A stretch of DNA of 64,000 bases from Octopus vulgaris (taxonomy: Eukaryota), in contig OX597838.1 in NCBI GenBank assembly GCA_951406725.2, forward strand, positions 14,384,001-14,448,000. Direction: 5' to 3'. The notes under the pieces are model-generated. The model saw only the letters and a list, made by a program, of their open reading frames with translations. It ran no database searches and was not told where the DNA came from. How positions within the stretch are numbered: position 1 is the stretch's first letter; every line of letters begins with the position of its first letter. Below are positions 39,455 through 53,015 of this stretch, one piece after another. A program made the position numbers and the translations under genes.

Positions 39455-39945
39455 TAATATTTACAAGGAAGAATGTGGGCATCGACGAGCCTCACTCAGC
39501 AAAAAGAGTACTAGAAACGCGTTGTGTAGCAAGCGAATCCTGAGACAGGAATTTGAAAATCGAGCGTATATCGCATTTTGAAACGTTTTCATTGGAAAAG
39601 TTACATTCCAAGAATATTCCATGCCTTCAATGAAGATGATGGGAACCGAGGAGTGGAGTTCTGCGAGTGGTACTTGACAATACATAAGGCGGCGAGCAGG
39701 CAGGAACGTTAGCACGCCGGGCGAAATTCTTAGGGGTATTTCGTCTGCCGCTACGTTCTGAGTTCAAATTCCGCCGAGGTCGACTTTGCCTTTCATCCTT
39801 TCGGGGTCGATTAAATAAGTACCAGTTACGCACTGGGGTCGATGTAATCGACTTAATCCGTTTGTCTGTCCTTGTTGCCTTCTGTGTTTAGCCCCTTGTG
39901 GATAGTAAAGAAATGGGTACTTGACAATACATTGAAGATGCCTTG
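39455..39945 (+). pseudogene. maT/DD37D-like (DUF4817-type) transposase relic interrupted by a SINE A (39687-39915) with 17-bp TSD
   Basis: [37 protein letters not shown]; ggtacttgacaatacat at 39669-39685 and 39916-39932. Confidence 0.75.
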
Positions 39946-40852
39946 GTGTACACTTTCCAACAAAGATTGCTTAGAACATTGAGGCTTAAAAGGGTAAAAA
40001 GACCCTTTTCGGTCATGAATGACCTACAAAGTTCCCCTTCGAGGCACAAGCCCGAGCAAGGTAGTTTATGGAAGACCAGCAGTTGCCCATGCATACCAGC
40101 CCCGCCCTCTCCATGCTACTGATGTTATCCAAGGGAAAGGCAAAAACCAATACAGTTTGGCTCCAGTGAAATAAAGTGTCTTGCTAAAAAACGCTTCGCC
40201 TGTCGCTACGGTTCTGAGTTGAAATTCCTTTCCTCCTTTCCGAGTCGATAAATAAAGAACCAGTTGCGTACTGGGGTCGATCTAATCGACTGGTTCTCTC
40301 CCCCAAAATTTCGGGCATTGTGACAAGAGAAGTAAAAGATGTTATGCAATCGTTTGCACATCGAGGCAAATGCTGAGCGATATTTCGTTCATCTTTACGT
40401 TCTGAGTTCAAATCCACCGGGGTCGTCTTTGCCTTTGATCCCATCCGAGAACGATAATATAAGTACCACCAGAGTACTGGGGTAGATGTAAACGATTTGC
40501 CCCTTCTCTGAAATTTTTGGCCTTGTGCCAAAATTTGAAATCATTATTAATAAGTATGGTACTCTCATATAAAGTATTGAGTAATTCTTCAATTTAATGT
40601 TCTTCTGTTATATATAGCACGTTACATTAAAGCAATAATTCATATATATATATATACATGAATGTTTTAATAAATACGTAAGTATATGCATGTATGTATT
40701 TGTGCGTGGGAGAGAGAGAGGATGAGTGCTAGAATTTGTATGCGTGTGCATGTGTGAGTTAATATATGCAAACAAAAAGTACAATATATATGCATACATG
40801 CACACCTAAATATGCATTGCTATATTATTTAAGGAGCATAAATACATTTATA

Positions 40853-40911
<59 letters not shown>

Positions 40912-40994
40912 ATGTGTGTGTGTATGTATGTATGTATATCTGTTGCGTATGTATGCATGCATAAAGACATACAGATATAGATGAGTATGTATGG

Positions 40995-41025
<31 letters not shown>

Positions 41026-41286
41026 AGCGCGTGTGTTTTGCAAATTATTTCCCCAAGGTACAGCAATATAAATAGACTTTAGATTCTGTGTGTAGAATTG
41101 GCTGCCATCTGATGTTTCTTCGATCTACAGCATCACAGGAATATACGCATACTCACACACACTACATCTACACACATTTGCTGAGGTATATCTATCTATA
41201 TATATATATATGTATATATATATGTATATATATATATGTGTGTGCTGTGTGTGTGTGTATGTAAATATATGTGCATACAAAGTGAG

Positions 41287-41317
<31 letters not shown>

Positions 41318-41348
41318 CAAATAGATAGATAGATAGATAGATAGATAG

Positions 41349-41382
<34 letters not shown>

Positions 41383-42078
41383 AGACGCACATGTATATAC
41401 ATAGACATACATATGTCTTCTGTAAGTGTGTGTGTATAAATTATATTCGTGTGCATATTTATATGCATGCATACTTATATTTGTATACAAACATACCACT
41501 TATGGACATACAATGCTAGTGTTGATATATATACATACATAAATATTTATGTTTATATCTACCTATCTATCTTCTATCTGTTTATTTATCTATCTATCTG
41601 TCGATCGATCTATACACACACACACGCACACACTCACACACACACATATATGCACAATATATATAATAAATAATATGTGCAATATATAATATAGATAATA
41701 ATATACATAGTGTATGATATATATAATATTTATATATCTTACCTACTTTACAGATATACATACATATACGTATATATATACATTCATACTTATATACGAA
41801 TATATACACGTACACACATATATACCTGTATGTATAAAGCGTGTGTATGCGTTTGTGCGTGAGTGATGCGTGTGAAACAGCTACAATATGTAGGTAGAAC
41901 AACTTTTCCTGTAATATCAGAGAAAAAAAACCCTAGAAAATGTCGTGTGAAAAAGCAGCCATGTTTACCTGATTACCAGTGAAAGAGATTGTTTATTTGT
42001 TTTTTTTCTTTTTTAAATATATATTTTCTACCAAAAGTTAGTTTATATACTTATATTCGCCGCGTGTTGTTTACAGCT

Positions 42079-42119
<41 letters not shown>

Positions 42120-42197
42120 CATATATATATATGTATGTATGTATATATATGTATGTATGTATATATATTTATGTATACATATACATACATACATACA

Positions 42198-42249
<52 letters not shown>

Positions 42250-42718
42250 CACAGACACGATATTAAGTAAATACACGTCCGTCACGATTTCCCGAATAGA
42301 CAGCTCGTGTGCAGAAATGAACTCATGTCGTTTCCCGCCTTTTTCTTGGCAACCTCTCACTGGTGTCTATAGGTATGGTCATGTACGTGTGCGCGTGCGT
42401 ACATGCATATGTATATACATACATACATACATACATGCCTGAATACCAATCTTGAGAAATTAGGCTTCTCAAAAACCACAAAGGGGGGAAAGCTGATTTG
42501 AAGACTACAGATTCAAGCCATCATTGGAATTGTACAAATTTGTAAAACTTTCCAGACGTTTACCGTTCATGCGCATGTCTACACATGCAACTACATGCAT
42601 GAGAATACGTACATAAGATGAAACCTTCATATCTGCACATGTACTGGCTCCTAATACTGCACACTTACACACATACATGCAAAGGTAGCCTGTTGATGTT
42701 GAAATTTCCATGAAAGAA

Positions 42719-42753
<35 letters not shown>

Positions 42754-42820
42754 TTTTACTCTTTTACATGTTTCAGTCATTTTGACTGTGGCCATGCTGG
42801 AGTACCGCCTTTTAGTCGTG

Positions 42821-42849
<29 letters not shown>

Positions 42850-42859
<10 letters not shown>

Positions 42860-43033
42860 CAAATGAAATAAAATGAAAAACAGGACACAAAGGATGTCGC
42901 TGTACACATGTTTCGAGCTTTATAAAACAACTTATTCTTACGTAAGAATAAGTTGTTTTATAAAGCTCGAAACATGTGTACCGCGACTTCCTTTGTGTCC
43001 TGTTTTTCATTTTATTTCATTTGATACATATAT
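42850..43033. repeat. 184-bp spacerless palindrome (92-bp arms, 2 mismatches)
   Basis: Centre ttac|gtaa at 42941/42942. Confidence 0.95.
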
Positions 43034-43087
43034 CCTCTCACCTCTGCTACTAGCTGGCATATACAGGTGCTTACATTTTATTGTACC

Positions 43088-43147
<60 letters not shown>

Positions 43148-43215
43148 AAATATTAGGGAATAAATCCAAACTTACAGGGAAAAATCAGATTAAACCTCGC
43201 CAAGTTAAATATTTC

Positions 43216-43284
43216 AATCACCTGAAGAATGACTGTAACTCGAATTTTTACGAATTGGACAGCCATGAAACGATCGTAGTGTTA
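43216..43284 (+). ncRNA. Type I hammerhead ribozyme motif (PLE-type)
   Basis: atCAC-CTGAAGA-ATGaCTGT..ACAGcCAT-GAA-ACGATCGT-A-GTGtt, inside a (TA)n-flanked element at ~43145-43415. Confidence 0.65.
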
Positions 43285-44025
43285 TACTAATTATCTTTTT
43301 TAAATAATTTTGATATATATTTAAAATAATATAAATTAATTAATCTTATGTATTGGCTTAAGTTTTTCATTGTATGATTTGCCTAACAGTGGTTTTATCT
43401 CTAATTTAATATAATATATATATACATAATGTGTATGTGTTTGTGTGTGTGTGAGAGATAGAGGGGAGAGGGAAAGGGAGAGAGAGAGACTTAAACTTAA
43501 AGTTTCCAGCCACCAAATTCTTGTCACAAGGCATTGGTCAACCTGCAGCTCTTGCAGAAGAGATTTATCCAAATTCCTGCGCAGCGAGCTCGAATTCGAA
43601 GCTACGTGGCTTCGAGTTGAATCTCTTAACTAGAGAACCGTGCTTACATATTCTCCTTCTCTCCCAGTTTGAATCCCACTGGAATCTCTCCTACTCTCAT
43701 GTTACTGTTGTTGTTCTTGCTTAAACGTGTTCGAGCACGTCTTATAATGTAAGGCGGTCCACCCATAACCATTCCGACTTTATACATAAATTATACATAA
43801 TTTATCTCCGGCTTACAACACACGATATCTGACATGTTCTCTCTAATTTTCATTACAGACGGTGGTGTGTGAATTAAGAGACATCTAACTGCTATTTCTA
43901 GCTGGTCGATAGACTGTCTGGAAACTTATTAATTTGTCTTTTCTCAACGTTTTCGCTAAGCAGACACATACATCCATCACCAATAGACTTCATAAACTTC
44001 CCCCACTTTGGACATAGCTGTTCGC

Positions 44026-44026
44026 C

Positions 44027-44121
<95 letters not shown>

Positions 44122-44166
44122 TTGATGATAATAATAATAATAATAATGATGATGATGATGATGATA

Positions 44167-44251
<85 letters not shown>

Positions 44252-44578
44252 GAAGAAGAAGAAGAAGAAAGAAGAAGAAGAAGAAGAAGAAGAAGAAGAA
44301 GAAGAAGACGAAGAAGAAGAAGAAGACGAAGAAGAAGAAGAAGAAGAAGAAGAAGAAGAAGAAGAAGAAGAAGAAGAAGAAGAAGAAGAAGAAGAAGGAG
44401 AAGAAGAAGAAGAAGAAGAAGAAGAAGAAGAAGAAGAAGAAGAAGAAGAAGAAGAAGAAGAAGAAGAAGAAGAAGAAGAAGAAGAAGAAGAAGAAGAAGA
44501 AGAAGAAGAAGAAGAAGAAGAAGACGACGACGACGACGACGACGAAGACGACGACGAAGACGAAGAAGAAGAAGAAGA
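44026..44578. repeat. Compound (AAT)n-(GAT)n-(AAG)n-(GAC)n microsatellite
   Basis: Direct inspection. Confidence 0.95.
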
Positions 44579-46067
44579 TTAAAAAAAACCCAGTAAAAAT
44601 GCACTGGGAAAATACAAGAAAGAGTCGTCTGTCCTCGTGCATTCCTTTCTAATTCCCCGTTCGTTGCTGTGTCTTGAATATGTTCGATCGTTGTTTTCCG
44701 TATTTGAACAATCTTCGACGCCTGCATTACAGCACAGCCCCTGCCATTGCCGCCACTCCTTCCACTGCTACCATATTCCTGACTTCATTTGCATCAGTCA
44801 ATATTGCTGTATGGTGGATACCTTCCCTTGCTTAACACTTCTCTCTCTTTTCTCTCCCCTCGATTCCCAAAGGTTCACTTACAGTCATCACGTTATCATT
44901 TTCAACTCCTCTAAACTCGCTCTAGCCGATACATAATATCCTTTCTTCTTTTGATATTAAAATCGTATTTTAATACCGTCTTTCATAATGTAATTCTTTC
45001 CGCAAAAATGTAATTAATAAAAAAAAAAATGGTTTGCGATACTTTTATAGAATTAAAATATGCTAAGAGATCTTTCTTTCTCGATGGTTCCATTTATATC
45101 TTTTGCGAAACTAATTCTTTCAGTTATTCACGTATTTCTATATTTTTTATCGACATCACATCAGTTCAAAGTCAATATTTTATTTAAAAATATAAAAGAT
45201 AGTTTTATTATTTAGTTATTTATCTGTTGTAAATAATTCAATCTTTTTTTTTTTTTATCTTCCCTCGCGTCAAGCAATTTTGGGATTATTCATATAAAGA
45301 ATATAATTTTCGCTTTCCTTTTTCTTTTTTCAACAGTTTCAGATCTCACATTCCCATAGGACAAGTGGATACAAAAATGTGCAGACGATAATAATTACGA
45401 GACAAAATGGCGGAAATGTACTCTCACTTTGAAATATAACCTTTCGATAATACATCTAATAATGAGCGAATTCAAAGTGTAACAGTGCAATCCCACTGTA
45501 AACCGTTTATCCCAAATAAAGTTATAGTTGCAAAAAGTCTCTTAATTTTTGAAGCCTTCTTTCACTGGATATCCAAGCTCCTTTCAACGGTTAGTGACTG
45601 TGTTAAATACCCCTCATCTTCTCATCATTGAAATGGGTCACGTGATTTACTGAGCATGTAAATCGCGGGAAGCATGTAACTCTAGTATACAAGTTTCCCT
45701 GTTTTATATAAATATTACATTTACACTAAAGATTTTATTCGATCACTCGTGAGCTTCTACCTTTTACTTTTTATTTGCTTTAGTCACTGGACTGTGGCCT
45801 GGCTGGAGCAACGCCTTGAAGGGTTTAGTCGCACAAATCGACCCCGGCAGTAATTCTATATCCGGTACTTATTCTGCCAATTTGTTTATCTAACCCAGTG
45901 GTTCTCAATCGGGGTCCATATGGCCCTTAGGGGTCCACATAAGATTTTGTTATTGAAAGTTTTGTGCAATAAACTGGTTATAAGTCTACGAAGGGTTTAG
46001 TCGCACAAAACGACCCCGGGAGTTATTTTAAATCCGGTACTTATTCTGCCAATTTGTTTATCTAACC

Positions 46068-46328
46068 CAGTGGTTCTCAATCGGGGACCATATGGCCCTT
46101 AGGGGGTCCACATAAGATTTTGTTATTGAAAGTTGTGTGCAATAAACTGGTTATAATTCTACATTACCCAAAATATTTAAACATTTTTAAATACAATTTC
46201 TGATAATGTTTAACCATAAGAATTTGATATGAGTTCATGGACATCGAATGGCTATGAGCCCCTCTACACCCCAAATAAAATAGGAATCAAAGGAATCCAT
46301 TGGTAAAAAAAATGGTTGAGAACCACTT
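46068..46328 (+). mobile_element. hAT (Charlie-like) MITE with 8-bp TSD
   Basis: TIRs cagtggttctcaa / ttgagaaccact(t); atctaacc at 46060-46067 and atctaact at 46329-46336; related end at ~56430-56552 (-). Confidence 0.85.
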
Positions 46329-47056
46329 ATCTAACTTCTAAGTTACGGATGCGTAAACAACCCCAAATCAGATGCGAAGCGATGGTGAGGGAACAAACAC
46401 AAGCACACACACCACGGAGATGTCACTAAGCATTTTGTTCGACGCGTAAACAACTCTGCCAATATTAATAGTGGTTGAAAGCGGCGAACTGGCAGAATCG
46501 TTTGCACGCCGGCGAAATGCTTAGCGGCATTTCGTCCGTCTTTATGTTCTGAGTTCAAATTCCAGTGAGGACGAATTCGACTTTTATTCTCTCGAGGTTG
46601 GTAAAACAAGTACCAGTTGACTACTGGAGTCGATTACATCGACTCACCCCTTCCCCGAAATTGCTGGCTTTATGCCAAAATTTGGAAACAATATTAAAAA
46701 GTGGTTGATGGTCACTTAAGATGTTAAATGGTTTCACATAGAGATAAGCCATACATTTTTTTACTTGTCCCGACCACAGCAAAGCTTTCCTCATCAATTT
46801 GACGACGCCGTTGTTCGATTTTTGCTGCGTAGCACATAACATGACATTCGTTCCTCCACTATGCGATTACAATATGACACCCAATCAAACAGGGCTGACA
46901 TCAACGTAAACAAAAGCCTTCTGTTCGTGTCAAAGTGTAATGGTATCATATGTGATGTTATGAATTGTTTAAATTCCTGGAATTTGTTCTGTTCTTTATT
47001 ACCCCCACTGAAATTTCTCTCACTCTCGCTCTCCCTTTCTTTCACTCCTGCTCTAC

Positions 47057-47087
<31 letters not shown>

Positions 47088-47299
47088 TTTCTCTCTTCCT
47101 TGTAGCATATTTGTCTTAATGGCTGAATGTGTAAAACGACAAAAGAAGTTGAGTAATCACCCAGAACTTGAAGATTCAGTTGGTGCCGAGGATGGAAAGG
47201 ACAAGAGCAGAGGGACGATTAAAGTGAGTCACGTGATTACACTTATTCTCTGTCGGTTTTAATTCGCCCGTTTGAAACACTAAAACCAAAATGGATGGA

Positions 47300-47681
47300 A
47301 GCACTCCGTCGGTTACGACGACGAGGGTTCCGGTTGATCCGATCAACGGAACAGCCTGCTCGTGAAATTAACGTGTAAGTGGCTGAGCACTCCACAGACA
47401 CGTGCACCCTTAACGTAGTTCTCGAGGATATTCAGCGTGACACAGAGAGTGACAAGGCCGGCCCTTTTGAAATACAGGTACAACAGAAACAGGAAGTAAG
47501 AGTGAGAGAAAGTTGTGGTGAAAGAGTACAGCAGGGATCACCACCACCCCTGCCGGAGCCTCGTGGAGCTTTTAGGTGTTTTCGCTCAATAAACACTCAC
47601 AACGCCCGGTCTGGGAATCGAAACCGCGATCCTATGACCGCGAGTCCGCTGCCCTAACCACTGGGCCATTGCGCCTCCACA
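47300..47681 (-). mobile_element. SINE related to family C (different head and middle)
   Basis: Minus head tgtggaggcgcaatggcccagtggttagggc..gtttcgattccc; 3' end cgtcgtcgtaaccgacggagt shared with family C. Confidence 0.85.
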
Positions 47682-47924
47682 AGACCAAAATATACTATCT
47701 GTTTCACACCAGGAATGTACTTCTTGTAATTTAGTACGAGGCTATAGCTACGCAGTATTGTTAAACACTGGTTCAATACCATGCCGTGGTCTTTTGGAGG
47801 CTACCATAGACTGCAATATCATTTTCAATGTTACTTATATACCAAATTTTTACTGACTGCTAATGATTTCCCGAGGAGATGCCAAAAATCAGATGCGTCT
47901 TTTCTTTTCTTTTTTTCTTTTCTT

Positions 47925-48148
47925 TATTCTTTTATTTGTTTCAGTCATTTGATCGCGGCCATGCTGGAGCATCGCCTTTAGTCGAGCAAATCGACCCCAG
48001 GACTTATTCTTTGTAAACCTAGTACTTACTTATTCTATCGGTCTCTCTTGCCGAACCGCTAAGTGACAGGGACGTAAACGCACCAGCATCGTTTGTCAAG
48101 CGATGTTGGGGAGACAAACACAGACACACAAGCAAATACATACACACA

Positions 48149-48186
<38 letters not shown>

Positions 48187-48340
48187 AACACATACACACA
48201 CATACACAAACACATACATATATACGACGAGATTCTTTCAGTTTCCGCCAACCAAATTTACTCACAAGGCTTTGGTCGACCCGAGGCTATAGTAGAAGAC
48301 ACTTGCCCAAGGTACCACGCAGTGAGACTGAACCCGGAAC
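47925..48340 (-). mobile_element. SINE family B
   Basis: Reverse complement of the family B consensus with internal (CA)n. Confidence 0.88.
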
Positions 48341-48829
48341 CGCTAAGCACTTCGTCCGCTGCGCTAACAATTCTGCAAGCTCACTGCCTGTGTGATATCC
48401 AATATTAATAAAGCTTTGATTTCGTTCACATTCATCTCACAGTTTGTATCACCTGCTTCTTAAGATTGAAGTTTTTCAACATACTAATTATCTCTTTTTC
48501 TTTTTATTCATTTTAGTAATTGAATAGTTTTTTTTTTCCTGACGAAAGAGTATCGATGTCGTTTATTTTAACCAAATTAAATGAAGAAGCTGTTTTACGA
48601 CCCCATTAATAAACTCAGGTTTCGTGTCAAATATTCCGTGAATTTGATATAATGAACCAATTTCGAGTGTGGTCTGAATGACCCCAAGTAAAGTTAAAGT
48701 GCAAGTGAACCCTAGGTAAATATCTTGGTTTTGTAGGGTCGACTGCTTTCAGGTCGACTACCTGCTGTTTTTTTTTTTATTAAATGTTGCTGTATCAGTT
48801 AAATTACATTTACTTTTGGATCATTAATC

Positions 48830-49171
48830 TGAGAACCCCTTCGGTCACGACACAGACCATGGCATTGCACCTAGAAAGTTACCCTCCTAGGCACAAGTGC
48901 GGGCAAGGTTGTTTATGGAAGACCAGCAGTCGCCCATGCATACAGGCCTCCCCTCTCCACGCCACCAGTGTTATCCAAGGGAAAGGCAAAGGGGCCGATA
49001 CAGCTTGGCACCTGTGACGTCGCAACTCATTTCTACAGTTGAGTGAACTGGAGCAACGTGAAATAAAGTGTCTTGCTCAAGAACCCAACACGCATCCCGG
49101 CCCGGGATTCGAGCTTACAACCTCACGATCGTAAGCTCGACGCTCTAACCACTGAGCCATGTGCCTTCACA
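48830..49171 (-). mobile_element. SINE with family C head and an alternative 3' tail
   Basis: Head tgtgaaggcacatggctcagtggttagagc; 3' part also present at ~40000-40170. Confidence 0.8.
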
Positions 49172-49280
49172 GGATCAATAATAATGATGTGAATATTCTA
49201 TAAACTTTTATTCAATTGTTCACTGCCCTTAATTTGAAATATAAATTTTCATCGTCACCGATTCACAGAGTTTTTCCGTA

Positions 49281-49500
49281 TACGAAGGGAGGCTGAAACG
49301 TTCCCGGCTTTAAGGGTGTCGAGAAAGGCCTGGTTGGAGGCCCAGACTTCCGAGTTCTTTTAGAAAGCCAGGAAAAACTGAAGGACCATTGCAGTAAGTG
49401 TATTAATCTGAGAAGGAAACATGTTGAATAAAATCATATCTAACTGATCCACCTGTATTTTCTTTTACCGAAAGCCAGAAACTTTTCAGCACCACCTGTA
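49281..49500 (+). mobile_element. Mariner-derived MITE
   Basis: TA-flanked imperfect TIRs (tacgaagggaggctgaaacgttcccggcttt / aaagccagaaacttttcagcaccacctgta); internal EKLKDHCSKCINLRRKHVE* transposase tail. Confidence 0.75.
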
Positions 49501-49869
49501 TTTTATGGCAATTGCTCTTCAAGATGATTCCGATAATAGTGTTTCTGAAATTGCGTTAAATTGCAGTTTCCTTGCGCTCGAGATATGACCGATATTTCTA
49601 TATTTATATTTTGCATGAATATCAGATTTTCCACTTTGCTTGTCAGGCAGGATCTAAAATAATATGAGATTTGAAACCACATATCGGGGCTATTTTTATA
49701 TTAATTAACTGGAGACTGCCTCATCAAATGGATATATCATCCTATAATTGATAAACCACCAGATCTGGTGATTTTTTTCTATGCTTCTTTCTTGTTTAAC
49801 CACATTGTGCCTGCATCATTTGAAACAACATTTCAAATGTGATGTTGGGTGACTGCTACAGTTTTAATA

Positions 49870-50121
49870 CTGGGTTGTCCGGAAAGTTCGTGCCGATTTT
49901 TAAAGGTAAGAAAAAGGTCAATAAATACTTGCAATTACATTTTAAATCAACCAAATATGAACCATTTTGTTGCCCAATGCATCCCCATCTTTCTTTTAAC
50001 TTGAAAATACCCTTTTCCCCGAATTGAGGTGGTTCCGTGGCAAAGAATTCATCAACCATGTTCTAAAATCAGTCGAAAGGTAAGTTACTATAAATCGGCA
50101 CGAACTTTCCGGACAATCCAA
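49870..50121 (-). mobile_element. Mariner-derived MITE
   Basis: TIRs ctgggttgtccggaaagttcgtgccgattt / aaatcggcacgaactttccggacaatccaa with TA TSD; internal GIFKLKERWGCIGQQNGSYL. Confidence 0.9.
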
Positions 50122-50332
50122 TATATCCCTATCCTCTTCAAACTAAACCTGTGTTTATAACTGTTCCACTTTCCAGGAAAACGATTGTCAGGATCGTTAG
50201 AACACCAAAATGTCTTGCGATATTTATTCTGATCGTTTATATTTCGAGTACAAATCTTACCAACGTCAACTTTACATTTCATCCGTTCTCGGTCGATGAA
50301 ATAGAATACTAGTAAAGTACTATTAAAAAAGA

Positions 50333-50652
50333 CTCCGCCGGTTACGACGACGAGGGTCCCAGCTGATACGATCAACGGAACAGCTTGCTCGTGAAATTAA
50401 CGTGCAAATGGCTGAGCATTCCGCAGACACGTGTACCCTTAACGTAGTTCTCGGGGATAATCAGCGTGACACAGAGAGTGACAAGGCTAACCCTTTGAAA
50501 TACAAGTACAACTCATTTTTGCCAGCTGAGTGGACTGGAGCAACGTGAAATAAAGTGTCTTGCTCAAGGACACAACGCGTCGCCGGGAATCGAACTCACA
50601 ACCTTACGATCATGAGCCGAATGCCCTAACCACTAAGCCACGCGCCCTCACA
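50333..50652 (-). mobile_element. SINE family C, full-length, nested in a SINE A
   Basis: Clean family C copy; agtaaagtacta occurs on both sides (50310-50321 and 50652-50663), TSD-like. Confidence 0.88.
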
Positions 50653-53015
50653 GTAAAGTACTAGAGTCGGTGTGATCGACCGTTCGCCTCTTCCAAGATT
50701 TAGGCTTTGTGACCATGTGAAAAATCAAAAATGAATTACTTTACTTGTAATTATCGCGCAATGTTTTGTCTCTTCGACATACGATGGAGTCGTATGGGTA
50801 GGACATTGTCATGATACACGGCAGAGCTTGGGCATTTTCAGACCTGGTCTGACAACAACCGATTTCTTCGAGAAAGACAAACAGAACGGAAGGGAGAAGG
50901 AGATAGAGGGAGTGAAAAGAAAAAAGCAAAAGAAAGAAGAAAAAAGAGAGAGCAACTTGTCTCACTCAATCGATCCATTATTGCACTTTTAGTATCGAAA
51001 TCAAATATTTTTTGTATTCATTTTTAATCAACTTGCTAAACATAGGCTCTTTGTCTCGGAGTGAAATTAACCGAAACAAGCTCCTCTCGTATGTACATTT
51101 TTGTAGGATGAAATAGAGAATATTTGTTAGTCCTTTGCGTTCGCATCAGTTAATTTGTCGTCATTTGGTGTTTGATAAATATTGAATGACAGGTAATATC
51201 GAACATCTTTCCTCAGCATTCTCAAAGATCGCTCACTGAATTCCAGTCTGGCTGCTTTAAACATGGCTTGTCAAATGTATGCTTTTTCTGTCATGTACAA
51301 TTTTCGCTGTATGATCAATTTTATATATACATGCAAATATATGTTTGCTGGGTGTATGCATATATATATATATATATATATATATACAAACATACATTCA
51401 AAAGTTCTAACTCCTTCATGCACATATGCTTCAATACACACACGCATACTGGAGTCGTTGTAATCAACTGTCCCCTCCCCTCAAATTTCAGGTCTTGTGC
51501 TTACAGTAGAAAGGATTTTTAAAAAAAGCGAGAGCAACTTGTCTCACTGAATCGATCCATTATTGCACTTTTAGTATCGAAATCAAATATTTTTTGCATT
51601 CATTTTTAATCAACTTGCTAAACATAGGCTCTTTGTCTCGGAGTGAAATTACCCGAAACAAGCTCCTCTCGTATGTACATTTTTGTTGGCTGAAATAGAG
51701 AGTATTTGTTAGTCCTTTGCGCTCGCATCAGTTAATTTGTCGTCATTTGGTGTTTGATAAATTTCACGAAGGTCTTTCCTTTCCTTTTTGTTGTGGATTC
51801 ACATCCGGTCGGTAACGAGTTTATAATACGTCCGCTTATTTGCTTATTCAATGTTTATTAATGTATTCCCGCTGTAAAAGTGTTTATCCAAAAACAAAGC
51901 CGCAGTTGCAAGCGATCCATTATCTCCGGAGGAAGCCGTCCTTAACTGAATAAACCGAGCTCCCCCTTTCATCGAACTGATAATCATATTAAATAACACA
52001 CTGATCACCTGACCATCAGGTTGGGTCACGTGATGTAGTAAGCATGTATGTAAATCGCGTGGAGCATGCAACGTTACTGTACGGATGTTATAGCTTTCGT
52101 TGGGGGAAATAAAGTTCTCTCTCTCTCTCTCTCTGTTGCTTGATATCAGATATCCTTCTACTCAGTCCAACATGCTATTCTCGCTCAACAAAAGCAATTA
52201 CATTTCTGCCGATTCTCATAAACTCCCTGACAGGGTATTTATTCAGCAATAATCCAATTAATACCTTCATGTTTCAGTGAGGCATACTTAATCGAACAGA
52301 AGTTATTTTAGGATTTCTATTGGATTTAATCTCCATTCCGTTTTATTGTTAACAAAATATCGGTCGCTTACTGCTCTAACGAATAGTATTAAACAGCGCG
52401 ACTACTTCTAACATGCAGAAATGTTAAAATCTCTGTACAAAGGACAGAGGGTTTTTTTAATATTCAATCATTTTCAATTATAATTCGGTTTATTAAAATG
52501 TTTTTTAAGTCAGTTTTATCAAACAACGTTTTAGGTAGTTTTTCTTTTCTTTTCTTTTCTTTTCTTTTTTCGCATCTTAGTAACCAGCGATAATCGATTC
52601 CAACATGGCTACTTTGCTTCGATCTCGTATATCTCTGACGTAATCCGTCAATTCTGAGAACATCACGAGGAAGAAAGGGGTTACTGCTGGCAGTTATTTC
52701 GTATCATTAACGTTAGAAAAACTCTTGGGATATCAAAGGAGGAACCTCCTAGAAATAGCAGTCAAATCTCTTATAAATTACACTCTAGTGTCATAAAAAA
52801 TAGGATACCTTGTTTTGTTTAATGTACAAATGCCTTGAAAAATTAGGATAGAAATAACAGCGAAATCTCTTCCACATCATAAAGAAGGACACACTGAATA
52901 ATGTAATCATAAAAATCTATTTCACAATATATTACTAATGGTCATGGTTGGAAAATCATTAATGATATGTCTTCGGGATTATTAAAAAAAATGAGACAAC
53001 AACAAAAGCAATATC

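Noticed and set aside
44650-44935. Cys/His-rich 99-aa ORF vaguely like the PLE linker before GIY-YIG
   Set aside because: Similarity too weak to assign by eye.
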